From assembly GCA_973895155.1 (NCBI GenBank), contig OZ316896.1, positions 12,042,830 through 12,106,829 of the forward strand: a DNA stretch of 64,000 nt, given 5' to 3'. Positions 36,001 through 48,800 of the stretch are shown piece by piece; the stretch's first letter is position 1; each line of letters opens with the position of its first letter. The translations under genes and the position numbers were made by a program. The notes under the pieces are model-generated. The model searched no databases. It was not told the origin of the DNA and saw only the letters and a list, made by a program, of their open reading frames with translations. Origin of the DNA: Marsupella aquatica. Taxonomy: Eukaryota; Plantae; Marchantiophyta.

Positions 36001-37844
36001 TCATCACCCCAACATGCCACCCATACATTTGCTTATTAGGTCAACTTATATTCACTTCCTATCATTGGACCCTACCCCCAATATGTTTTTTGATTGACTC
36101 AAAAAATTGAGATATACTCCATTCTTGACATTCTATATTGTTGAATTATATATTTGTCATCCTTGTTTGTCTAATTATTATAGTAGCTTGACTCGATTAC
36201 CCATCCTTTGAGCCTAAATAGAGGTTAAGACATCCAAATTCTTTGCCCATTCACAGGATCATATGCAATTAATTTCCACTTCCTCATCACATGATGTGCC
36301 ATTTTCAGAGACTCACCTTGAGCCCGATCCACAGTTTCCATCTACACCTTCCACTCTAGTGACACCCCAAAGTCACTTTCTAGAGGCTTCAATGTTGAGG
36401 ATTCACTGTAGACCCAAGGAGTAGCTTTTGATCATGATTGTGTAGTCAGACTGCCACCTTTAATCCCCACTGGTTAAGCAGAGTAACTGCGGTTAGTTTA
36501 GAATGATCCCACGGTCAAAATATTTTCATCTGACCTATTTTTACATGCAGTTGTTTGTGGAACATAGTTCTCGGTGAGATTCTCATTTTGAACCCTTTTA
36601 CTCATTCGTGCTATTAGGATGTGGTGTCAAACTCGTGGCAGAACCCACACACACCGTGCAAGCCCACGCAGAATGCAGGCCTCCTGAAACCCTGCAGGAA
36701 CTCATCAAACCTTGAGATTTGAAAGCACTTGTTGAGAGCAAATTGCCAAAACATCTAATGAAGTTTGAGATTACCTAAATCTTGCAGTTTGGATGGCGGA
36801 GTAATGAGCAGCTCATCCCAACCATGACAAAGACCAGCCTCATTCAACGCTTGTGATTTGATGAGACACAGTTGGTGATAGAAAACCCTGTAGTCATGGT
36901 TCAACAGATTAGTGGTAGTGATTCAAATGCTTGTAGTGAGAGTTCACTCAGTTTGCTTTCGCTGAAGAACCTCTGATGAACATCTTGTACAGCTGGTAAG
37001 AGGAGTTCTGGTTTGTAAAACAAGTTTCATAGGGCCCAATCAAAGAAAGGTATAGTGTAATGACTTTGGTTTGGGGTACTAGTTGTAATCCAGTGACCAA
37101 AAAGTGAACAAATGTGGACAGGTGGCAGCCCAAGAAGTTTTTCTGAGCTTTGTGGGAACAAGTTTCAGACTAGAAACCCCAACCCAAACAGTCATTATCA
37201 TAAATAATACCTGTCCAGAAAAAAATTACTGGGTAAGATTTTATGGGCACAAGTTTCAAACTAGAACCCCGGCCCAAAGAGTCATTATCATTCGTAATAT
37301 TTGCGGGGAAAAAAATTACCCGGTGAGATTTCTTGGGCACAGGGTTATGGAAATGGTAGCACCTAGTAGAAAAAATTACACACCAATAATATTTATTCAA
37401 ATTTTTAGCATGGGGTCCACCAAACATATCCATTGATATTCATCCTACTAAACACATTCAGTCCAAGTGTGTACATCTTTTAAGAAACAAAACAGAAGAT
37501 AATATATTAGCCTTGAGTTACTCCTGAAATAAAAGCAATCAATGGCACTAAAGTAGTACAGAAGCCAGAGTACAAGAAAACAACCCAGGAGAGCAATATT
37601 CTGGCCTTGACTTATTTTCATGAAATAAAAACAATCAATGGCACTATAGTAGTACACAAGCCAGAGTACCGGAGTAATGAACGTTACAACTGTTTGTCAC
37701 GGGACTGACGAGTGCTGCTCGAGCTGCTGCGAGTGTGAAGAGTGTTGTCGCCGTCAGAGAAGGGGCAGAGACTGAGATCAGATCTCACAGGGCACGGCAA
37801 GGCAAGGCAAGGCAAGGCGGGGAATGGTGGCGATGGGGCAGTAA

Positions 37845-38060
37845 TAATCACAGAAAACCCAGTTGCAATGCTCCAAAAGCGCGAGTGATGAGAGCCCTGA
37901 TGAGTAATCCCAATTCCAATGCTCCAAAGCGTGAGTGATCAGGAGCCCTGATGAGTAAATCCTGATTCCAATGCTGCAAAAGCGCGAGTGATGCGAGCCC
38001 TGATGAGTAATCCTGATTCCAATGCTGCAAAGCGCGAGTGATGAGAGCCCGGATGAGCAA
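37845..38060. repeat. ~50-bp minisatellite (about 4 units) upstream of AIR9
   Basis: gagccctgatgagtaatcctgattccaatgctgcaaagcgcgagtgat repeated. Confidence 0.9.
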
Positions 38061-39860
38061 AGTTTGAAAAAAAACGATTGTGGTTTGAACGAGTGAGCTC
38101 CCGACAGACGGATGTTGTTGTTGGATAGAATCGTAGAGCCCTACTACTTCTACTGTAGAAGCTCAAGCGAGCGAAATCTCTGATCTGCTGATGCCGCGGT
38201 GGAACTATTACTAGTACTGTAGTCCGTCCGGTGTTTGTTCGTTGGTGCAGCAGCAATCAGGGGAAGCGAGAGACAGAGAGATTGGTCGGGAGGAAGCGCG
38301 AAATCTGAATCTGCACAGTGCAACTCTCTCACACTCTCTCACTCTCACCTCCGTAGGCTTCGGTTGCGGTTTGTTTGGGCTCGGCTCTTCTCTGCTCCCC
38401 GGGGAATGCTGCCATGCAAATCTAGGAATGCATCATTGACCAACAGAGCTGAGGCCCACCCGGCTGCAGCAGTGTAGAAGCAGCACCACCAAGCACTGAT
38501 TTCACCACTGCATTATAGTGTAAGTCTCAAAGGGAGACGGGAGTGTTGACGTGACTGATTGAGTGAAGTACAGTGGTAAGTTGTTGGAGTTGAGTTGAGT
38601 GGAGTTTATTTGAGTAGGCTAGAAGTGGGGAAACAGTACTTACACTAGGAACAGGGCAGGGGCGGGGAAGAGAGGGGAGTAAGAGGGTTGAGAAAACGGA
38701 GAGACAATGTGAATCAACAGCAGAACATAGAGACGACGGACTAGATCACTAGACTACGCGGCAAACTGGCAGCAAAACACATAGAGACCACGGACTAGAT
38801 CACTAGACTACTCGGCAGACAGGCAGGTAATGTGAGATTCATGATAGCGAGCTGCCGAAAAAGTTACAACAATCGCTTTTCCGCACGTTATTATTCCCGG
38901 GAGAAGAACGGTTCTGGTCTTCTGCCGCAGCAGGTGCAGCTGGCTCGAGTGTGCGAAGCGAAAAATAGTCAGAGAGAAAGAGAAACAAACAGTCGTAGCA
39001 GTGGTAGTGGTGGATGTTGTGGTAGTGGGAGTAGAAAGCAGAAACGAACTCAATCCAACCCGGCGGCCCGGCCCACCTGAGCTCAGTCCAGTCCAGTCCA
39101 GCCCAGCCCAGCCCAGTGGAGTGGAGTGGAGTGCGATCCAGTGTGGCTACGTGCGTGCTTGCTGCAGAGTACATTACTATAGTGCAATGTGGTGTGATAG
39201 ACGAGGAGGAAAAGGCTATCCCGTGCATGCTACGGAGTTTGCCTCTCTGAACTGAATGGAAGCAAGCATTACTGAAGTGCGGAATGCAGAAGCAGCAGTA
39301 GGTTGTGAAGGACGGAGAAGGGGGGAAAATGACAGAAAAGTCTAAAATGTCAGCGGGTGGTAAGATCTTCCAGCACATTGGAGCATATGGTCTGTGGGTC
39401 AGGTAGAAAGGGAAGGAAGGAGACAGGAAGGAGTTTCTCGCTATAGCAGAGCAACATTTTGATCAGCAGCAGTGTCATCAGCATCGTCCGACGAGGCTAA
39501 CCTTAGCTCAACAGCTTGGCTTAGTTTAGTTCGCTACTACTAGTGTCTGGGATAGTTTTCTTATCGGCAGGCAGACAGGCCGGCAAGAAAGAGATACCTC
39601 ATGTCACATCAAGTAGGCCAAATTCCAGAGCGATTCCACAGCAGTACGGTAGATGGTGGTGCGTCGCACCACCTGATGTAGAGCTCCGCGAACCCCGGTG
39701 CCTAGCACCAATGTGGGCGTGAACGGATTGGAGCTCTGTGGAGGAGCGGTACATCAGGTTGTGGGGTGGGAGACAATCATCTTCCTCTGAGGAGGAGGAC
39801 GTTTGGGGCACAACCAGTAGCAGTAGGGGGTTAATTTGGAATCCCGTGACGAGCTGCTAC

Positions 39861-42800
39861 ATGATGGACGAGCTTATCTCCATGGAGGACTCGGGCTCCG
39901 AGTCCTTAATACCTCTGTCACCCACTCAAACATCTGACAGACTCCTCGAGGAATTCGGAATCACCGAGAATGGCGACTCCGACTACAATGCTGCTGGAGA
40001 GCTCCACCTTCGAGCGGATGAGGATGGCCAGGATGTCCCAGACCACCTTCCCTTCGAGGCTGAGCACCTCCCTCCCCAAGACGCCGTCTCAGATCCAGCC
40101 CCCAGCATTGATGCAAAGGAGGATCAACTGATCAATTCCGATAGCCAGAGAGCAGAGACGAATGGCATTGGGAGCAAGGTCAGCAGTAGATCTACTCCCG
40201 GCATTACGAGCACTAGCAGTGGCAATGGAATTGCAACAAAGTCGTCAACAACTAGCAAAGGAACAGCAGGAGCAGGAAGTGGCAATAAAAAAGGTAGTCT
40301 AGGCGTGAAGACTCCAACGAAGACGACGGCATCTTTGAAGCCCGCCTCGGCAACCTCGTCCCCATCTACGAGACCTGCCTCTCCCAACGTACGTTCCTTC
40401 TTGCGATCATCCTCTTCTGCAGCAGCTGCCCGGCGAGCTAGCCTTGGTGGTCATGAGACAAGCCGAACGATGATGGCCAATGGCACTGGCAGCGTGACCA
40501 CTACCACCACCCCACCGTCGAAGAGCTCTCCAGGCAGTGGAGCTGTGTCCTCGATCGGCTCTAGAAAGCGGACATCGCTCACAACGAGTGGCATGTCGGA
40601 AAAGAGCAATGGGGAATCCCCCTCTTCTGCTTTCTCTCGTACCTCTCCTGCCGCTTCTGCTTCTTCTCCTTCCACTGCTTCCTCTAAAACTCCGCTGACT
40701 GGGAGGGTCTCCAAGGCAACCGAAGCCAGACGGGCATCCCTCGGAGGCACTTCTGCTCTGACTAGCAGACCGGTGCTGTCGAGGACTGAGTTGAAGCATT
40801 GGGGAGCCACTTCCCCTGGAGTGAAGAACTCCAGTGCCACTGCTACGGCTACTTCCTCTTCGCCGTCTTTGAAGCAAACGACCTCCCCATCAGTCCCCTC
40901 AACAACTGCCTCTGCTGCTACTACGAGTACTTCTGCAAGAGTAGCGTCAGGGAAATCAGCATCATCCCCCATTAGCGATTATCAGAAACGCTCCACGCCC
41001 TCTCCAAGTCGGAGATCCTCTGGCATTGGCATTGGTGGTTCCGCTACTAAATCAGGAAGCTTTAAGTCTGGCTCCTCACCATCTGCTACAAAGTCTCCCA
41101 AGCTTTCTTCCTCTCCATCGTCGGTGACCAAAACTGGACTGAAATCTCCTGCCACTAATGGAGCCAATTCTGCGGCCAAGAGCAGGCTCAGTCCATCCAT
41201 GTCGTTTGGTAGCGGTAGGCGTTCTTCGTTGGACCTGGGCAGCCGGGGTTCCCCTTCTAATGGCGAGAGAGGATCTGTTGGGAAAAATCACTCTCCTGTC
41301 ATTGCTGACAGGGGCCCGAGCATGCTCACACGAAGGAAGTCCATTTCTTCCACAGAGATCAGAGATCCACGCCTGTTGCTTCTCCCAACAGTTGATGTCA
41401 AGGCCGGCGATGATGTGGTAAGTCTGTCCAATCCGTCATTAAGGGACTCCGCTTTTGCTTGGTCACGGGAAGCCCAGCTTAGTTTTGGTTTTTGATCTAG
41501 TGTTTACTGAGAACGCTTCGTGATATCTACATTGGTTCCCTTAACTCTTCAAAGGGGCTGTCAATAATTACTTATCATTGGCGGACGAAATTGAAACGCG
41601 ATTCTGACCTTTGCTTCCTTTCGCGTATCTAGACGTTGTTTAGCCATGAGTCGGACGAAGCATTTAATGCAGACTGGTATTTGTTTACAAGCACGCACAT
41701 TGCCTTTCTGAAGTTCTCCAGGCAATGCGTCACCGGTTCACTTTCCACGCTGATTAATGCACAATGCCTCATGAAGCTTTTGAACTACACATGTGTTTGA
41801 CAAATGTATCTCTGCCGATGGTCAATGTTTCACACCGTTCCTTCGCCACTTTGAGACGCACTGGAAAGTCGGGAAAATCAAGGTGTCTACTCGTGTAAAC
41901 ATTTACATTTTCTCTTACTACAGATTTCTTTTAAATACATGGATTCATTGATGAGGGTTGGCATTGTTCCTGCACCATCGGAACACCTGATGTCCTTGAT
42001 CATCCGACGCTGATGTGAAAAATATACCTTCGTCTGGTTGTCGTCAAAGTCCAGTGTCGCTCAGTGCAGAGGACTGAATGGGTGTTGAGTGAATCTGAAA
42101 CATTACTGACATATCTCTCACTTTCGCAGCGTCTGGACATGAGAGGGCAAAAGCTGCGAACTTTGGACTGCAAGCCCGTGAACTTATCTCCTAAACTAGA
42201 GGTGAGTACGTACGTACGTACGTACGTGCAGCAGCCAGCTGCTCTTGTCCCCTTACACGAGGAATGGTTGCTATCCTTCAAATTTGGGTTCACCTAGGAT
42301 GGTTACGGCAATGGAATTTAGATTCTGGTCAGCTCCTTGCCGTGAGCTGGAATCTCCATAAATCATTGACGTTCACGAACCTAGCTGTGGGACAGATGGA
42401 TGTCCCCAATACTTCTCTTGTAATCTGAGAAGTATGCTCATTAAGAAGCTCGCTTGCAATTCGGCGTGAGCTATGAGGTCAAAGTTTATAACCGGAATTA
42501 TCAATGTGCCCGGATGTCTGCTGGAGTGGGCGTGGCCAATAATTGTACCTTCATTGCTTTCAAATTTCAACGTTTTCGATTGCCTGAGCGTTTGCAACTC
42601 TGATACTCCGCCTCGTGCATACTGGACGAAAGGACCAGTGCAATTCCCTTGATCGTCTTGTTTGTAATGATGCCTTGCGAGCCTCGATGCGATAGTAATG
42701 TGATGTTCTTTGCTCCAGTTTGTGTACCTCAGAGATAACAAGCTGTCCTCTTTGGAGGGAATCGAGATCCTCAAGCGTCTGAAGGTGAGTTCTCTCTGCC

Positions 42801-45800
42801 TGGCTATTTGCTTGGCGTCCTTGCTACCAGGAGTGTCGCGTCTTTGGTAGCTGGTTGCGGTAGGGTTTGGTAGCTGGTTTGGTAGGGTTTGGTACCAAAC
42901 CAATCTGCCCGCTCGGCCCCCTTTATCTGAAATTGAATTTCTGTCTTCGATGTTCTGGTGCTTACAGCACGTTTTGCTAAGGATGGAGCAGCTTGTGTGC
43001 CAGGTCTTCGAAAGCTTAGGCCCCCAGTGAGTCTGAGTTCATGCTGATGCCCTTTCTTTAATCTTGATCTGATGCAGGTCCTGGACCTCAGTTTCAATGA
43101 ATTTAAAGGGACAGAGGGAGCTGGATTTGAGGGCTTGGCCAATTGTCGAGCTTTACAGGTCAGCGAAGTGAAAAAGTGGCAGCTCTTGTTAATCTGGTCG
43201 AGTTTATACTTTTAGTACTAGGCCAACTTAGGAAATCTGGTTCCTTAATTTAGAGCTAGTTGTGATCGGTCGTTAAATTTCTCTGTCTAGTAGTTGCATT
43301 TGGGTTTGCATACCTCCAACTGGGATCTCAGCTAGGGTCGATGTGTCTCGCAGCAACTATACCTTGCTGGAAATCAAATTACATCTCTGGCTGGCCTGCC
43401 TTCACTGCCAAATTTGGAGGTAAGCTTCTACCGTTTTGACGGGACTACCCGTGAATTCTTTAGCCATTTCGCTGTTTATTTTGAGTTGATTTAGTTATCA
43501 TTACCCTAGTCCCTGGGACATGGTTAGGAATGGTTTTTTTAATCTATAGTTTCAGCCATTTTCCCATTTTCTCAACCATGAGATATAATGTACTTTTGGT
43601 TGAGTTTTGAGCTGGTGGTAAAGTTTCTTGGTACTGACCGTCGAGGAATGTTGTTGCCAGTTTCTCTCTGTTGCACAGAACAAGATTAAGTCTCTTGAAA
43701 TGCCCACACAACCACGGCTTCAGGTATTGCCGTGAGGATTCCTGCTGCTGCCTTTTTTTCGTGGAAATGTTGTAGAAAAGTGAGTCTCGAAGTCCTAAGG
43801 ATATCAAGCTTGGGCGTCGTTTGTCTATGCATTTTCAACCGATAGTATAGAATTAAGTCCGACACTATAGTGGGAGACTGGAACTTCTTGTTGGAGGAAA
43901 TCTCAGCGATATTCCAGGACAATCCATCTGACTGTTGTGCTTTTCTGGAAACAATGTATATGCCTTAGTTGATTTCAAATTGCGCCTTTTTCAATGAAGG
44001 TTTTAGCTGCGAGCAAGAACAAAGTCACAGTTTTGAAGGGCTTCCCGTACTTACCTGCTTTGGAGGTAAGTGAAGTCTTTTTGCACAGTGGCGGAGTCAT
44101 GTGAATTTTCTCTACGGGTCCCATGAATGACCCTTGTTGGAAGGATTTACATTTGCAGGTGTAAGATCTTTAGGGCAGTTGCACAATAGTAATTGGTTCA
44201 GGCCGCCTTAGGTTCTCTATTTTGAATCTTGCCGTTGATTCATGGGAGCACACTGTAAATCGTGTACTTTCGACTACTCTGAAAACAAAATGCGTTATTG
44301 CAGAACTTGCGGTTGGAGGAGAATCCAATTCTGGATGTTCCTCATGTGGAAGCAGCGTTTATGCTTCTTGTCGGTCCAACTCTGAAAAAATTTAATGATA
44401 GAGGTAGGAAACGACACTGCCATATCCCACTCACCACGTCCTTCCCAATTCTTTCTGTTTCAGTTGAAATCTAATGAACATTTATCTGTTGATCTCTTCG
44501 ACAGACTTATCTTTGGAGGAACAAGAGCTGGCCATGTTGTATCCGGCAAGTACACCACTCTGCCTTCAGAAGGGGTGGGAACTTTGTGACCCAGAAGAAG
44601 CTGAAGGTTTGAAATTCTTCATCCTTGCCTTGTTACGTGAAGGCTTGAAATTCACTGAAGCTTGCTGAGTAAGGAAAGAGATATTGTAACGGATTCTGAT
44701 CATTCTGCTCCCACTTTCTGTTTTTTGCAGAGTCTACTCTGCAGTTTTTATCTACAGAATGGAGTGACAAGTTACCTCCTGGCTACAAAGTCAAGAATGC
44801 AGAAATCAATCACCCCCGTGAGGAGGATCCCTGTCTGTGTGAATTCATCTTTGAGAAAGTTGACAATGCATTTGAAGACACTGAGATGTCAATGTCCTAT
44901 CAGTGGTTTGTCGGGGGGAAAATTCCAATGGACTTTGTGGCAATTGAAGGTGCCGTAGGCAAGGTACACGACGGTGAAGTACAGTTATAATTTTCCAGGT
45001 TCTACTTTCTGACACAATTGAAAAGATATTAGTGAAGTGACACTTGACACTTGACACTTTGAGCAGGAGTACTGGCCAACGCGTGAAGATGTTGGGAATT
45101 GTCTGAAGGTTGAATGCACCCTTCTGCTGGGGGAGACACAGTACCCCCCAGTCTTTGCTGTTTCGGCACCTGTATCTCCTGGTAAATTGTCTTCTTGTTG
45201 GATCTCTTACTTTGGTCTTTTTGATTAGTCACTTAACGGTTCTTAAGTCTAGGTGAGGCGGGCGGACGACTTCTGTTAAGCTATAAAGATGCTGGTGAAC
45301 TAGAACTTTGTGTTTTTACTCTGACTGGCAGTTCAGTTTGTAATTCTCCACTGGCTTATCGCAGGTTCTGGAATACCTAGAGTCTTGGGGTTGAAGGTTG
45401 AGGGAGAACCCTTGGAGGGAAGTGTGATCAAGGGATCTGCGACAGTTGCATGGTGTGGTGGAACTCCAAGTGAAGGGGTTGCGAAGTACGTGGATCAAAG
45501 TTTTGTTCTTTGTTGACTCTGATTTAACTTCTTTCCTTACATCAAACATACATTTTGGGCTGACATTTTGGGTTTGTCACGCTAGGTGGTTGAGGAATGT
45601 TGAGGACATCGGTCCTGTTGAAATCGAGGGAGCCAATCGGATAGAATACCGGCCAACTCTGGATGATGTCAATGCCACTCTCACTTTGCTGGTTACTCCA
45701 GTAACCCAAGAAGGAATGAAGGGGAGACCACAGCAAACAACCACCATTGCTGTTAAAGCAGGTACTGTACAGATAGTTTGTGGACAGAAGCAAGCATGCC

Positions 45801-48800
45801 GATTACAGCTACGAGATGCGATTCTGTTTCAGGCTTTGTCTGAAGAGTGTCCTTTTTTGGTGTGAGCAGGCCCACCATCAGTCAACGATGTCCAGATTGT
45901 TGGTGATGCAGTGGAAGGCACTGTTTTGACTGGATATGGGAAATATTTTGGTGGAGTTGAAGGTCTGAGTAAGTTTGAATGGTTGCGAGAGGATCTCGAA
46001 TCAGGGTATGTAGAACTGCTCTCTGAAGGATTATTGCTTGCTATGTTAAATGATCGTGTCAAGATGAAAGACAGAGTCCAAGGGATCTTATTGGTATCCG
46101 CCTCTTCTAGTAATTTTACTGTCTTTTTTCTCCTTGCAATGAAATTCACCAACGCTGTTTTCTTAAATGACAGGCAATTTAAACTTGTCTCAAGAGGAAG
46201 CGTGGATTACACAGTTGGTCCACACGATGTTGGGCTACGCTTGATGTTCATTTACACACCTGTCAATTGTGAAGGTTTGTTTATTTATCTCTTTGTCAGG
46301 GACAAAAGTCCAGATCGACAGTTATTGTGAAGTTAGTGTAAAAGGATGAGTCAAGTCTATGGGTAGCTAAAGATCTACGTCGACTATAGTGCAGCAGTGA
46401 GGAACAAGCAAATGCTGGCAGTTTGGGTTCTAGTCCACTATTTGGGTTGTGACTCAATTTCTCATGCACGTCTGATTTGGTTTATACATATGAATTGGAG
46501 AGGTAAATTCTAAAGCACTCCTAGTTCTGAGCTATCGCGTCCAAACAAAAATGCTATTGGTAGCAATTTATCTCTGTTTTCAAACATTCAAATCTATTTT
46601 TGCAGGAGTTCATGGTGATCCCGTTTCTGCTATTAGTACCAAGGTACAGCTAGGTATGTAATTTGGTGACTTTTGAGTTGATGTATTCGGGCATGATCAA
46701 GAAATATGGGATTGGACCTGTTAAGGGGTGAGGGTTTTGTGTTGCTGTGACGGGGGTTGAAGAAATCCCTGCGAACTACTAATATTCGTTAGAATATAGT
46801 ATTTAAGTCTCTCTTCTCATGTGGTCTATTCTTTCTTATTGCAGCTCCACCAATGGTGCATGACCTCAGAATTGTGGGTGAACTAATCGAAGGTAACAAG
46901 ATAGCTGTTACGTCGACATTCAGTGGTGGTGTGGAGGGGCCGAGTCGCGTGCAGTGGTTCAAAACAAACTCTCGAGAGGATGTTTTGGAGGAGAGCGATT
47001 TGGAAGCCATCAGTAATTCCAAAGTGGCAAAGGTAAGGAAGCTGCACTATTGGAAGACAATTGGCTCTCACGCTTGGCATTAGTGAAGTTATGGACATAT
47101 AATATACATCACTTAGGGACATACCGAGCTTGAAATATTGATCTAATTTTTGGTCTGAAACATCTCGTGTACCATTGGTTTGGTCTTGGACGTTGTCCTT
47201 GGGAATCATGAAATTTTTGGTCATCTCTGAAGTTTGTACTAATTGCAAAATGTGCAGACATTCCGTATACCTCTTGGAGCTGTTGGTTGCTACTTGGTTG
47301 CGAAATACACTCCTGTGCGGTCAGACGGTGAAAGTGGGATACCTGGCCTTCTGGTCTCAGACACTTCTGTGCAAAGTAAGTTTTCGAATTAATATCGAAC
47401 TGCTCCCTACACGAGGGTTCTAGAAGTTCCCATCGCAACGTCCACATTGATCTTGGCACCGGGGTTTTCTACTTTTTAAATCCATGAAGCTTGTGTACTG
47501 TTGTCGTATGTAGTTGGTGAAAATAAAAGCTAGATGCCCAGTACACCCGTGCCATTTTATTTCATGAAAAAGTGATATGGACATTCATACTAATATGCAT
47601 GACTTTTACTGGTCAGCAGTGTTACCCCCAGCATTGAACTTCCTCAATATTACTGGGGAGTATGTTGAAGGACGCATTCTTTCTGCACAGTATGGGTACG
47701 TCGGTGGCTATGAAGGCAGTAGCCAGTACAATTGGTACCTGCACCAGGTCTGATAGTGCATTCCTTCAACTACGGCTGCAGAATTTATATCTTGCGATGT
47801 TTAAGTAGGCAATTGAACTTCAAATTTATCTTTTCTATCTATACCGACATTCTTATTGTTGGTGTCCTCGTCCTTTTTGTCCTAGAATATATATGATCTT
47901 TACTCAATTGTCACAACCCTTTCATGAATTTTACAGAATGAAAGTGATATTGGTACCATCATTCCCACCGCTATGGGGCGTTTGGAGTATGAAGTCACAA
48001 GGCAGGCTGTCAATAAGTTTGTATCCTTCAGATGTACACCAGTTAGAGATGACGGTACTGTTGGGGAATCGAAGACTGTATTTGGCGCCGAGAGGATCTG
48101 TTCAGGTACACCACCTGGTGATATGTTCTCAGTATTGTGTGCTCGAATGTAGTTGTACATCCGCATGAAGAGGAGTTTCTCGAAGGACCGAAGGACCTGT
48201 TCCAGCAAACATTTCTTTACTTAATTGGAAGCTATTCTGCAACTCGAATGTCCATGGGACGTACTAATATTCAGAGCTTTTGTTTTTTTGAGAACAGGCC
48301 CACCACGGTTGACTAGTATACAAATTGAGGGGTCACCAATCGAGGGGGAGGAACTCTTTGTTGAAAAGGAGTACTGGGGTGGTGAGGAAGGGGATTCAAG
48401 GCTCCAATGGTATCTGGTAAGACTCTGGGAATTGAATGACTTGATATCCTCGTAGGCCGAGTTCTGGGACTTTCTGTTGAAGTTATGTTCCATAAGATAA
48501 GAAGTTGATGCAGAGGCACGTCCACTGTTTGCACTGGATTCACACTTTTCATGGCTGGTGCAGACAAGGCCAGACGGGACTCAGCGGGAGATCAAAGGTG
48601 CTACAGATATTGCATACGTTGTCCGTCCTGAAGACATAGGTGGACTGCTGTGCGTTTCTTGTGAACCCTTGCGAAGCGATGGAGTGAGGGGTCCACTTGC
48701 AATTTCTCCAGTTGTTGGTCCCGTAACTCCTGGTAAGTGAACTTGTGAGTTGTACCACAAGAGCTGTTCTCGCAGTCTTGTTGTGAATATAATCTCCGAA

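Noticed and set aside
40124-41291. Antisense ORFs within AIR9 exon 1
   Set aside because: Shadow frames of a Ser/Thr/Ala-rich coding exon.
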